A stretch of DNA of 64,000 nt from Porphyridium purpureum. Its lineage: Eukaryota. Positions 22,101 through 33,462 of the stretch are shown piece after piece. Below the pieces are notes generated by a model. It saw only the letters and a list, made by a program, of their open reading frames with translations, ran no database searches and was not told where the DNA came from. Position numbers and translations under genes: made by a program. The first letter of the stretch is position 1, and each line of letters opens with the position of its first letter. The stretch is from positions 806,001-870,000 of the forward strand of contig VRMN01000005.1 of the NCBI GenBank assembly GCA_008690995.1, given 5' to 3'.

Positions 22101-23823
22101 CTGAACAAGTCGAGCAACACGACGTTCGCTTCCGCGCGACATTTAGATTAGGGTAGCGGAAACTGTAACTGCTTGAGCGGCTGAGCGGCTGCGTGGATTT
22201 GCAAGTTCGGAGGCAACAGACGCCCGAGCTGGACCACGTCGAGGTACGGCATGTTTGCATGATTCCGCGGACAAGTTGCTCTACAGTCACGTTAAGGGAG
22301 CGACTCCGTAAGCGCACAGCATCGCGTGCGCGCGCGCATGGTCTTTGCGCAGACCGCAAGGGATCTCTGCTTCACGTGCGTGCACACGATATCTGTCAGG
22401 ATGGGCGTTGGCGACTGTAGAAATAAAGCAGTCTCTCTTCTATCGCTCTCGAGACGAAGGAGAGATAGAATAGAAAAATAGAGAAAAAAGTGTGAAGCTC
22501 GCCTGGGGACCTGGCAGATGGTCAGCGAACACAATCCATCGAGTAACAGAGAATTTTGCACCATGCCCTATTTTCTCCTGTACCCCTAGTCCTTGCTTGT
22601 TCTTCGCAGCGACTCGGGCGATAGAATCGCATACCGGCTGGCAAACGTCGATTGAGCCGCGTGCTGGTGTGGCTGACTGTGATTGCATATGGTCGAACGG
22701 ATGGCGGAAATCCTGCGATTTTGGAGAAACCATCCTCTCTGTTCTGCGCTAGAGCAAGGAATGACGTCAAGAAGACAACAAGCTCAGGTCTGCGTGGTCC
22801 CTCCGGATTTCTAGCAGCGGGAGATGCAGACGAAAACTCCGAAAGGTAGAATAAATAATGCGGAAGCTGCAATTTTCTGGTCCTGGTGCCTGCGCGTTTT
22901 CGTCGGACAGCGTGGAGCATTTTGCGGAGCCTGTATTCTGTAAGAGCCAGCTGAATATCGTGTCGCAGTAGGGTTGGGTACTTTTGACCACACCGGCAAA
23001 CGGCGGGTATTGTCCCATCCGACACTCTTTTCCGTCTCAAGACCGGTGCGATCTGTGCCAAGGTGAAGGGCAGTGGTATCTGTCCTAGACGTGGGATTTT
23101 CCACGCGTCGGCCTTCAGGCGCCTTTTCGCGGCTTTGTTCTCCTCACTGCTGTGCTTGCGTCTTTGCTGCTCTGTTGTTCCATGTTTGCGATTCGTGCGT
23201 GGCTTTGGTATCTTCAATCACGCCGCCTTACTTGAGCCTTTTCCTTTTACGGGTCGAATACGCCATGGGATCGATATCTCTGTGCCTAGCCGCTCATGGG
23301 ACGCGCTTGGAGTCGCATGGGACACAGATGGTCTCCTCGTGATGAGGACATTATTCCGCTCTTCATTCCGCTCTCGACTTCCGTTTCGACGACGAGGAAC
23401 TTTCATACGATACACCGAAGCGGACTCTTACCTAAAAGCGACGGTACCCCGGCCGCGCCGTCTGCGCCGCTCGCCCTGCTGGCAATCGCATCTGCGGTTT
23501 CCCTCGAAGCGTGCGAGATGCGTCCTCCGCGTCACTCGCGAATTGCTCAGCCACCTCACTTGCTCAACTCTGCGGCTAATTTTAAGTCTGCAGCCTAAAT
23601 TTAGACATGGGTACACCTGTTTTCCTGCATTACACGTGACACGAGGTACAGTCGGCGCAAAAGGACGGACACGGGTCGCGTCGCGCGTGTTTACCACATG
23701 GAAGGTCATGCGCACTTTCGGAAGCGCGGCGGCGCATGACGGAGAGGTCGGCGTCGTGGTTGTGCAGCCTGCGTGCGCGTCCACGGAGCAGCGGTGTGCG
23801 CGCGCGAGTGGACCTGCTGAGGG

Positions 23824-25623
23824 ATGGCGCGGCTCGCGACGCGCATGGGCGCGTGGCTCGTGGTTGCGTCAGCGCTGGCGTTGGCGACCGTGCTGTGGCA
23901 TCATCATGCCCTGCCGGCGTCGCTTGGCTCTGCGTTTCACATCAGCTTGGGTGTGGGTGCGCGCGACCAGTCATTGTGGTCCATCAACAAGATTTTTGCT
24001 CGGAGCGAGCGCGACGAGGTCGCACGGCCCGAGTCGCAGGGATCCAACACTTTTGAAGAGGACTTTCGCGAAGCAAAGGGATTTGTGCCACCGTTGCGTT
24101 TGGTTTCTGCAAGGCAGATGGAAGTTTCGGCATCAAATCGCTCGGCTTCAAAATTTGTGGCAGCACCAGGGTTCTTCGAATCGGACTACCGAATTTACGT
24201 CATGCACACCAAGGCACACTATTTCTCTCACCATTTAATTGTGAAGGATGTGTACCTGAGAGCGAACGCAGATCTCAAAGATCCTAGTGGCCTCTTTGTA
24301 TTATCTGACGCGAAGGGTCAATCCTTGTGCGGTGGTGGGCGTCCAATGGGCTGGATAACCGCCTACTGTCCGGCCGAGACCAACACTGCGTGGTTTGAGG
24401 GCCACCTTGGCGCTCCAGGAATCGTCCCAATGTCAGAGCTTTCTTCACTGAAGGCGAGCAGGCCCGCTTCGTTTCACTTTGTTCAAGGCACGACGCTGAT
24501 TATCATTCTTGACCAGTCGTGCACAAATGTGGCCCACTTTGCTGGTAAACTCTTGTACGTGCATCATGTGTTGACGAACAAGGCCATGTACCGCCTGTTG
24601 AACAAGATGGACATCACAAACGTAATTGTTGTGGCCGGAAAGCAAACATACTCGAAACTCGTGAATAGTTCCGGTTGGCACAATCTTTTACTTGAGTCAA
24701 CGGTTTGGCCTCACAGAATCATATTCAATGACCCAGCCGACTTGTTCTTGTCACCACCAAAGGGTGGGTTTCGAACCTTTGTCTTCCAGGACATGACGGA
24801 TCTTACGAGCCTTGGCTGGATCCACTTTGAACAGCTTGTTGGCGTGGGCATTCTGAAGGGCGTGTTCTTTTTTGACGATAGTAGGCTCCCGCCGCGTTCC
24901 GAAGAGTATCGTTCTCCGTTTCCGAGCACCGTGGTGAGCGTTTCGTATGACTCTATCGTTCTTCGAAGAAAAGTGCGCGAAACGTTGACGAGACGGATGC
25001 GGCGTGCCCAACGCCAGATCTCCAGCGTAGAGCCAGTGCAGAGCATAGAGCGTCGTGTTATGCTTGTGGACCGCCGTGGAACGCGTCGGGTGTTTGCAGA
25101 TGATACCAAAGAGCTGCTGACCAGCTCTATGCGCGCTTGGGCCGAGAAGCGCGGCTTCTCTTTCGAGGTCATATCATTTGAAGGACTGGACGCTCAAGGA
25201 CAGGTACAGCTCGTACAGTCCGCTGCAATGCTCGTCGGGCTGCATGGCGCAAACCTCGTGAACTCGATGTTCATGCCACCGCTGGCTGTGCTGCTGGAGA
25301 TCTTCCCGTACGTATTTTCCCACAACATGTACTTTGAGGGCGGCAAGGCGTCCATCAAATATTTTTCCTACCAGCCCGACCATGGCACGGACTGGCCAGA
25401 CGTAGGAAACTATTCTTCGGCGTTTGACTGCGTCCAAAGAAGCACAGAGTGCAAGTTATTTTACCGCGATGGTGTCGTTCAGCTCAACGAAACGGACTTG
25501 AAGAATCTGGAGAATATTTTCAACGATGCATTCGACTACTTGGACAGCCTAGAGGCAGCGAGCCGTAACCAGACTGTCACAGGAGAGAGCTCGAAAGGAG
25601 CCGAGAAGGAAGCTCTTCTATGA
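23824..25623 (+). CDS. Glycosyltransferase family 61 (DUF563), type II membrane protein
   Basis: N-terminal TM; NVAHF; QVQLVQSAAMLVGLHGANLVNSMFMPP..LLEIFPY. Confidence 0.87.
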   Translation: MARLATRMGAWLVVASALALATVLWHHHALPASLGSAFHISLGVGARDQSLWSINKIFARSERDEVARPESQGSNTFEEDFREAKGFVPPLRLVSARQMEVSASNRSASKFVAAPGFFESDYRIYVMHTKAHYFSHHLIVKDVYLRANADLKDPSGLFVLSDAKGQSLCGGGRPMGWITAYCPAETNTAWFEGHLGAPGIVPMSELSSLKASRPASFHFVQGTTLIIILDQSCTNVAHFAGKLLYVHHVLTNKAMYRLLNKMDITNVIVVAGKQTYSKLVNSSGWHNLLLESTVWPHRIIFNDPADLFLSPPKGGFRTFVFQDMTDLTSLGWIHFEQLVGVGILKGVFFFDDSRLPPRSEEYRSPFPSTVVSVSYDSIVLRRKVRETLTRRMRRAQRQISSVEPVQSIERRVMLVDRRGTRRVFADDTKELLTSSMRAWAEKRGFSFEVISFEGLDAQGQVQLVQSAAMLVGLHGANLVNSMFMPPLAVLLEIFPYVFSHNMYFEGGKASIKYFSYQPDHGTDWPDVGNYSSAFDCVQRSTECKLFYRDGVVQLNETDLKNLENIFNDAFDYLDSLEAASRNQTVTGESSKGAEKEALL

Positions 25624-27666
25624 ATTCGCCTTGCGCAGTTCACAGCTCCATAGACGTGGGGTATGAATACTATTCTGACTGATGAGTTGTATTTTGCCTG
25701 AGTGTACGACTCTCGTATCTGCTATGACCCATGCTCAGAGCGCTTTGTCGCAGAAAAGAAGGACTTGCTCGTGGACATCGAGAAAGAGCTGGGGAATGGT
25801 CAGGCCGTGCCGCCCCCGACGCTTCATTCGCAGTTGGAATGTGTATCTATTTTCGACACATTGCACAAGGTGACGCATGTATTTTGGCCTTTTCTTCTTC
25901 CAGTTTACTTTGAGAATTACCGGCCCGGTGCACATCATTTCTTCCTGATGCTGCTCTTACTAGCAGCCAACAATTGTGCCAGGACCTAGCGTGCCACTTC
26001 GAGTCTGCCGCCGACTTCGATCATACGGAAGAACTCTACTTTTTTGGACACGCACATGAAAGGGACAGATACGGAAATCAAGCTAGCATATTGTAAGCTT
26101 GCTGAGACAAACGGTCTATAGTCCGTGCAGACACACTACTCGAACAGCGTATCTGCAGATCTTTGCTGTTTCGAAACAATCCAAAAGACCATGTACGACT
26201 GGAGACTGTTGCGTGTCCAAGATCTCTCGTACTGGCGCAATTTTGCATCCAAGCAATCCAGCACTCAGCGCGAACTCTCTGAGAGCTCAGAACATTCGCC
26301 ACTAGGAAAAACCTGTTCTGTGGATCATGTCGCGCCAATTGTACTCACGCAACTGGCGCAACATACCTGAACGGTTGTCTTTAAAATTTTTGATGTTTGG
26401 TGAAGCAAACCAAGTTGACGCAACGGTCTTCGAAATACCAAACTGGTCAAGTCGTGGCAAAGCTACGGAATTCCACTTGCGTAACAACTCGGATGTGGCA
26501 TCACTGCATGAGGGTATCCGCAAGTGCTTTGATCCCGTGTATCTTTTGAAGGACCCGTTTGACGGCGCCGCATTGGCATAGTGCATAAACCAATCACGAA
26601 GAATGGTGGTATTGGACATTTTGGAGGATGATACTATCAACGAATCATCTTGGCTCATCTTTCCTTTGGCGGGCACATTGCACATTCGTTGCGAGGAGCA
26701 CGGCGATGCCGAGGTCACACGGAAATGTGGCAAATATCTGAAAATCAGCGAAATGAGGACTGGATGACGGTGGTCGCCCGTAGGCGCTGGGCGTCCGCTT
26801 GATCGCCATGGCGCTTTGTCCGCATGTAAAATATGCGAAGAGCCGATATGAACGAGATTGTGAATGGTAGCGAAACGGCGGTTGCGGCTGATGTGATGTC
26901 GGAACAGCAGAGCAAAGTCAGCCGGTCATCGCGCGCGCTCTTTCGCGCCAACTGGTTCATAATCGCGGGATCATTTCGACTGAACTGGCGGAGACTTGCC
27001 ATGACCGAAAATAGCACGTTGATGACACCTGCTCGTTTTGCGAGACCGCCTTTCGCATCAGAGCCGGTCCAGTTTGCTTTCGCCTCTGGCCGTTGCCTCT
27101 GAGTGATGTGTGCTTTCGCGGGTGGTCGCTTGGGCCGTGCGTTGGCCGTCACCGCCGAGAGTCATCTGGTGTTGGGACTATAGGCCGCCACGACCTCGCA
27201 TTTCCGTGCTGACGGTGCACCAGCTGTGACGTTGCGCGGCTCGGTTTCGGGCACGCCTCCAAGCCTCGTCCTCAGAGCGCCGCGTTTGCGCAGCGCTGCT
27301 CGGCCATCACGCACGCCACTGCGCGTGCGCGTCGCGTCTTGCGCTGGCGGCTGCGCGCTCACGCCATTTTGAACCGATAACTCGCACCTGTACACTACTA
27401 AAGTGACTGTGTCTACTAAAACAGGCCCGCTTTGGTATGACACGCCTTGCGCTTAGTCGCGGCGTTTCTGATGTTTTGAGCCGGGGGGCGCGCGCAGTTG
27501 CGCTGAGAGAAGAGGAAAGAGCCTGAACAAGAAGAAGAAGAAGAAGAAAAAAGAAGAAAAAGGCGACGAGGACATTGATTTGGCCTCGGAGAAAGGGCCC
27601 TGCGCGCGTGACTAGCGTCGGCGCCGTGAATGGTGGCGCACTTGTGGGTAGACGCGCTGATTCGAA

Positions 27667-29307
27667 ATGGCCAACATGATTACCTCGGAAGAGGTGAATT
27701 ACTTGATTTTCCGCTACTTGCAAGAGAGCGGGTACACGCACAGCGCGTTTGCGTTTGGGCATGAGAGTCACGTGTACCGGAGTAATATTGACGGCTCGCA
27801 GATCCCGCCGGGCGTGCTGTTGAGTTTTTTGCAGCGTGGATTGTCGTACGTTGAGATCGAGGCGTCGCTCAAGGATCGTGACCTCAAAGAGAACAAGGAC
27901 CACACGGGCGTGTCGAGCACCGCGTCTGTGTTGCTTGACGTGCACAGGATTCTTGTAAGTAGACAGGCTCTGATTCCACCCATCATTGCAGGCGGTGGCA
28001 ATGGCGCTGGCGCCGCCGCAGCTTCGAATAAGATGGCCGCAACTCGGAATGACGACGCTCACGCCGCCAACGGTAAGACCGAGCCCTTGCGGTTGGCGTC
28101 TGGCCGTGAAAGCACAGGGGCTCGGAATCCATTCAGTCTTTCTGCCAAGGCGCCGGATGTAGACCCGGAACTCATGGTCAATTCGTCCGACACGTTTGTG
28201 CTTCGAGCGCACGACAAGGACGTTTTTACCTGTTCCTGGAATCCACGCTCGTCGTGTCTGGCAACGGGCTCGGCGGACGGCACGGTGCGCATCTGGGCAA
28301 TTCCGCACCTCTTTCCTTCGGCCTCGCCGACAGCTGGCCCAGCGGCGTTGCCCGCCCTGTCGGCTCCCATCACGCTGCACTTGGTCAACGGATCCGTATC
28401 GACGAAAAAGACAAGTCTCCTCAAGTCCATCGAGTGTGCCGCACTCGACTGGAGCCCGAATGGTCTCTTTTTGTGTGCCGGCGTAAGTGACGGTGCCCTA
28501 TATGTTTGGACTGAGACAGGCGAACCGCTCGGTACTCTGACGAAGCACGAAGCGCCCATCTTTTGCGTAAAGTGGAGCCCAGGAGGCGCGTGGATTGCGA
28601 GTGGCTCAGTCGATAAGAGCATCGTGTTGTGGAATGCAGAAACAAAGACAGCCGTCAGAACATACAAGAGCCACGAGGGGGCAGTTCTTGACGTGAGCTG
28701 GCTGGACGAGAAGCGCTTTGCGTCGAGCTCTTGCGGCAAGACGGTCGTGGTCCACTCGGTGGAGAGCGAGACGCCTCTGAAAATTTGGAAGGGACACAGC
28801 AATGATGTAAACGCAGTGCGATGGAGTCCTTCTGGTACCATGCTTGCGTCGTGTTCGGATGATTGCTCGGTCAAGTTGTGGTCGCTCGAGTCAGACACCC
28901 CTGTAGCCACCTTGGGACTGCACACAAAGGAGGTTTGCTCAATAGCGTGGAGCCCAAACAGTGCGGACCACTTGCTTGCGTCAGCCTCTTTTGACAAGAC
29001 GGCGATTGTGTGGAATGTGCAGACAAGAAGTCTCGTTCACACGCTCACACACAAGACCGCGGTGCTGTGGGTTGGCTTCAATCCCGACGGGCAGCTGATC
29101 GCGACGAGCACGTCAGATCGGTGGGTGTTTGTCTGGTCGGTGAAGGACGGAGTGCTGGTCAAGGCGTTTCGCGCGGCCGGTGACGTGCATGACGTGTCTT
29201 GGAACGAGACTGGGGACAGGCTAGCTGCTTGTCTCGCAGACCAAACCAGCGTGGTCTTTGATGCCTTACCGGCATCCAGCGCGCCAATTCCAATGGACAA
29301 GAGCTGA
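27667..29307 (+). CDS. TBL1: LisH + WD40 corepressor subunit (TBL1/Ebi/Sif2/HOS15-like)
   Basis: ITSEEVNYLIFRYLQESGYTHSAFAFGHES, IPPGVLLSFLQRGLSYVEIE, then ~8 WD repeats (LATGSADGTVRIW, LASASFD). Confidence 0.93.
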   Translation: MANMITSEEVNYLIFRYLQESGYTHSAFAFGHESHVYRSNIDGSQIPPGVLLSFLQRGLSYVEIEASLKDRDLKENKDHTGVSSTASVLLDVHRILVSRQALIPPIIAGGGNGAGAAAASNKMAATRNDDAHAANGKTEPLRLASGRESTGARNPFSLSAKAPDVDPELMVNSSDTFVLRAHDKDVFTCSWNPRSSCLATGSADGTVRIWAIPHLFPSASPTAGPAALPALSAPITLHLVNGSVSTKKTSLLKSIECAALDWSPNGLFLCAGVSDGALYVWTETGEPLGTLTKHEAPIFCVKWSPGGAWIASGSVDKSIVLWNAETKTAVRTYKSHEGAVLDVSWLDEKRFASSSCGKTVVVHSVESETPLKIWKGHSNDVNAVRWSPSGTMLASCSDDCSVKLWSLESDTPVATLGLHTKEVCSIAWSPNSADHLLASASFDKTAIVWNVQTRSLVHTLTHKTAVLWVGFNPDGQLIATSTSDRWVFVWSVKDGVLVKAFRAAGDVHDVSWNETGDRLAACLADQTSVVFDALPASSAPIPMDKS

Positions 29308-29544
29308 CAGATCGTGGCAATGGTATATTTGCATGGTCACGCACGCTTCCTGATGAGGTTGTGCGTTCTAACAACGGCAGAGAAGGACGTTGCCGCTTGG
29401 ATACACGGACGGCTCTGCTTGCGCCCCCGGCGATCTGTATTTGTTTGTCAGGGCATAAAGATCAGCGGAGCGCAACGAATGGCTCACACTCAGAGCCAAC
29501 CAGCGTGTAGCACGCGCTTCCGCGCATAGACCGAGCCTTCCCTA

Positions 29545-30234
29545 CTAATCGAACGCTGTATTGCGCTTGCGACGTCGAGGCTTGCTGCTCACGACGCTCC
29601 AAAGGTTCGAAATATAGTACACGAGCGACGAGATGACTGAGTTCCGTTTCCTCCTTACTCCTGCCGGACCGCCGAGCTCGGCGGTCCGCGAAGAGCTGGC
29701 TTGAGAAGTCTGTACAGCAATCCCTGTCGCAGAACCGGCGGTAGCGTATGGCTCGGCGTCACTGATGGTGAGACCTACGAACAGTACCATGGGGACCAGG
29801 AACACCATCGACACGTAAAAAAAAGCCACCGAGTAGCCTGGCGAAAGGTGATGCTCGAAGAACAGACCGTGATGATCGCCGAAGAAGACGAACCATGCAA
29901 TGACTGAGGCAACGAACAGCGCACACGTCGCGAAAAAGTCGAGCGCAACGATGTCAATAAATGGAAACTTGCGCGAGAGCAGCAGGTACATGCCGTGCGC
30001 CAGCACGCCAAGAAGCACGGGCAGCCACGGAAACCCATCCACAACCAAAAGCAGCACGTGCAGAACTACCTCAACGGCGATGGCGACCGCGAGCGCCTTT
30101 TTCGCAAACGCGGCATGCTCCTCTGCCAGATCCGCTAGGTAATAGAGCCCGCAGCCCACGCACACCGCACCAAACGCAAGCACCATGTAGCCTGACACGT
30201 ACACCAGGAGTACGAAGAACGATGGAAGCGCCAT
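29545..30234 (-). CDS. Svp26/TEX261 ER-Golgi cargo adaptor
   Basis: CGLYYLADLAEEH, LLVVDGFPW, FPFI, FLVPMVLFVGLT; about 5 TM segments. Confidence 0.85.
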   Translation of the reverse strand: MALPSFFVLLVYVSGYMVLAFGAVCVGCGLYYLADLAEEHAAFAKKALAVAIAVEVVLHVLLLVVDGFPWLPVLLGVLAHGMYLLLSRKFPFIDIVALDFFATCALFVASVIAWFVFFGDHHGLFFEHHLSPGYSVAFFYVSMVFLVPMVLFVGLTISDAEPYATAGSATGIAVQTSQASSSRTAELGGPAGVRRKRNSVISSLVYYISNLWSVVSSKPRRRKRNTAFD

Positions 30235-30555
30235 CGCGGCAGTCGCCCTTGCGCCGGCACACGCGTCCACAAGTACACACCTACGCACGCACCAGGTCAG
30301 CGTCTTTGATCACAGGCAGAACATAAATATGCCAGGAGAGCGCGAGCACGCGGCGACGTGAAACGAGCCGTTCAGTCGTTCGCGAGCTCGGCGCAGCCGC
30401 GGACGGACGCCGACTGCCGCTGGATTTCACGCGTGAGGAATGGAAGCGTGCGAACCACTTTGCTGTATGCTAGACAGGCTTGGCTGCACGTTTATTTTCA
30501 AGCGGTCTTGCCGAGAGGAAAGCACTTATGTTTACTGTTTTTTTGGCGGAATTCA

Positions 30556-31113
30556 TTAGACCGCCTCGCCCGCATAATCGGCTTCGTCGAGCTCTCGCGC
30601 ATACAGACTCTGTTCCTGTTCGCGCTCGGCCTCGAGCTTGGTGCGCAGGTAGAGGTCATCAACATACGTGTGGTATGCCTCGAAAGAGCCGTACATTGAA
30701 GCAAAGAAGCAGACCCAACCAAACACGATTCCGCTTGACGGCACGGGCGTGTTGACCTGAGCAATGTTTGCAATTGCGGGAGTCCACCACAGGATGAGGA
30801 AATACATCAAGTAGGCCTCAAAGTGGTACGTGAAGAAGCCGCGACGGCTCAACCGGCTAAGCTCTGTGAGCAGATTCAGTAGAAGCAAAATCGACAGATA
30901 AATGAAGGAAACGAGACCCGAAATGATTGCGTATGCACAAGCCGAGGTACACACATTACTCTCATCTGCAGAATTACTCGTGCTCCCGAATACAATGATG
31001 GAGCTAATCCACATCACCAACTGCGTTGCGATTTTCAGACCGTACGGCGAGATCCGATTTGCCTTGACGAGATTTTCAATCTCATCCGCACTCAGCGCTT
31101 GCGCGGTCGACAT
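30556..31113 (-). CDS. Four-TM membrane protein, MARVEL-like
   Basis: Four hydrophobic helices (QLVMWISSIIVFG; CAYAIISGLVSF; YLMYFLILWW; IVFGWVCFFAS) and an acidic tail. First ATG is 31113. Confidence 0.65.
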   Translation of the reverse strand: MSTAQALSADEIENLVKANRISPYGLKIATQLVMWISSIIVFGSTSNSADESNVCTSACAYAIISGLVSFIYLSILLLLNLLTELSRLSRRGFFTYHFEAYLMYFLILWWTPAIANIAQVNTPVPSSGIVFGWVCFFASMYGSFEAYHTYVDDLYLRTKLEAEREQEQSLYARELDEADYAGEAV

Positions 31114-32213
31114 GATGAATGCGTTTCCGCAGATCCGATGACGCGCTTCGTCGCCGGACGAATTCCCGCTGGGATCCACTCACCGGCAGAACCAATCCCT
31201 AACGACACCACTCTGTCCCTCGCCCACCACTTATCCACTCGCAATCCACACCCGCGCCTTCCAAGTTTAACGCTATCACGTCAGCTTTCACGAGACATCC
31301 GGGCGCACACGCGCCACAAACTTTCCACGCCGAGCCGCCCACGGGCCAACAACCGCCGGACGAAACCACGACACGGACGCCAAGTAGAACCGAGCACGCG
31401 CGGGCTGGTGTATGCGCCAACTCGCGGCGTTACCCGACGCGATGCTCCGCAACAAACCCACAACAGAGACGCAGACAGGCCGGTGGACGAGGCACACGGA
31501 CTCGCTCGACAACCGCTACACGTTCCCTTCCCCGTTTTCACCAACCGAACCTCGCCGAAGAGGTACAGCTCGCCGCTTTGCAGAATTGCTTTCCAATGCC
31601 GCATTACCAATGTCTACTGTACCATATGAGCTGTGGGGTGTACGGTTGATCGTGTCTGTCTGCGCGTAGACATGTGTCACAAAAGTACAGTATTGCAGGT
31701 GTACCTCTTGTTTCCGTTACGTGCGACAAGGCGGGCGGAATTTGAAACGGGCGTGTGCAGGTGCGGGATGGCGGTTACGAAGGTGGTGATGTGCGGCGCG
31801 GCGCATGTGCTCGAGTTCAAACGGTGACGCGGAAGTGGCCTGTTATGGAACCGTGCGCACGCCACTCGCGCGCGTGCGATTCGCTTCGGCCTCACGGCAA
31901 TGGCGCAGAAACATACAAGCGTATGTGCTGACGTCTCGGGGCAAGGCTGCTGGATGAGGCCGATCTTGGCGCGTAAGAGTGCGGGTATATATTGCAAGCC
32001 TGTGTAGGTGTGTGTGTGGGTGGAGATTCGTCTGCTTGGTTATGAAGGCGTGTGAGAGAGGCAGAGCGCAAGTCTGGCAGATATCTAGTGAGAAAAAGGT
32101 TTTGTGTGGCAGCTACCAGAGACTGTCGAGTGGTGAAGCGCGGGTGAAGTGGCGACAGGCAACGAGCAGAAGAGGTAGCAGCCGCCGACTCGTGAGATTC
32201 GGTTTGATAGAGG

Positions 32214-33185
32214 ATGGAGGCATATACAGGAACCAGCAACAAGCGCGCCGCCATTCATATCAGGTCCTCCGCCAATCCGTTGGCCTTGCCCAAGAACGAT
32301 GAGTTGGTCGCGGCCAACGCAGGCACAAAACCAGCCAAGCCCAAGTCGCTCAACGAGCTCGTGAAGCAGATGGAAAAGGAGAATGTGACGCCAAATGGTC
32401 AAAACTCGCGCACCTCAACGCGAGCAGAGGCGCTGTCCATAGCAACTGAGGCAATCAAGGGCGCGGAAGATATGACAAGGTATTTGAGCCAAGTCACCGC
32501 CGGCACAACCAGTGGACGCGCTTCTCGTGTCGCCTCCGTGCAGCAGAAGGATACACTCAGCAAAATGCTGAACGACGTTCAAGCGCGCCGCGGTAGCCTT
32601 CCGCTCCGCATTTCATCGTGCAAGGATGTGTACAAGACGTCAAATGAATCGTCGTCCAGTCTGCACAGTCAGCAGGGCTACACGGGACTCGTACAGCAGC
32701 AGGCCCGCGAGCGTGCGACCCGCAGCGGCACCTCGGTAGACGTGGATACTAGTGCACAGTCACGAAGGCCATCAAGTACCGGACAGAAAGGGGCTGAATC
32801 ATGTGCGAGTCCTGCACAGACGTCTGCGAACACGCTTCGTAGTGTATGCGTGCAGCAGGAGCTCGAGCAGATTGCCCTCACCCCGGAGAGATCCACCACA
32901 GAGGTCGCCTTGGATGAGGCCACAACGAGGCGCTTGCAGGATGCCGCACACGAGTGCTCCTCACTCACAGATATGGACGAGGTCAAACTTCCTTCCCAGG
33001 CGGATCTGGATAGGAGACGCGCACGTGTGTCAAGTGGTACGTCAGTCGTACCGAGGGTGGTCAAGGTAGGAGTAGCGGGAAGTTTCATGGTGATGCTTTT
33101 TCGTTTCACACTGATGATGCTGCTGCTCGCGTTTTACGTTTTGCCGTCAAGCAACGGCATCGGATTTCACGCAGTTCCCATTTAA
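32214..33185 (+). CDS. Hypothetical protein, S/T/Q-rich, C-terminal hydrophobic anchor
   Basis: 323-aa ATG-started ORF; hydrophobic C-terminus FMVMLFRFTLMMLLLAFYVLP. No family recognised. Confidence 0.6.
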   Translation: MEAYTGTSNKRAAIHIRSSANPLALPKNDELVAANAGTKPAKPKSLNELVKQMEKENVTPNGQNSRTSTRAEALSIATEAIKGAEDMTRYLSQVTAGTTSGRASRVASVQQKDTLSKMLNDVQARRGSLPLRISSCKDVYKTSNESSSSLHSQQGYTGLVQQQARERATRSGTSVDVDTSAQSRRPSSTGQKGAESCASPAQTSANTLRSVCVQQELEQIALTPERSTTEVALDEATTRRLQDAAHECSSLTDMDEVKLPSQADLDRRRARVSSGTSVVPRVVKVGVAGSFMVMLFRFTLMMLLLAFYVLPSSNGIGFHAVPI

Positions 33186-33378
33186 AGTTCATCTTGATTG
33201 AAGAACCTGGCACCTTTGTCGGTGAAAGCCGAACGATACCCGGAAAGAACTGAAACATTGGCAGGCTCCATGCTTGTTCTCACACTCACTTTCATATTCC
33301 TGCTTGCTCTTCACAATTCAAGCCAAGCGATCAAGCGGTGGCAAAACAGCCCAAGCGCGCACACGACGAGGAGAGGTG

Positions 33379-33416
33379 TAGAGAGAGAAAGGGAGAGAGA
33401 GAGAGAGAGAGAGAGA
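33379..33416. repeat. (GA)n microsatellite
   Basis: Read directly, between two convergent genes. Confidence 0.85.
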
Positions 33417-33462
33417 AATGACTGGATAAGATCGGCAAGGCTGTCAATGCCTACCCCTCAGG

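Noticed and set aside
23063..24238. 391-aa plus-strand ORF
   Set aside because: Non-ATG start, Arg-rich random composition, overlaps GT61 in another frame.
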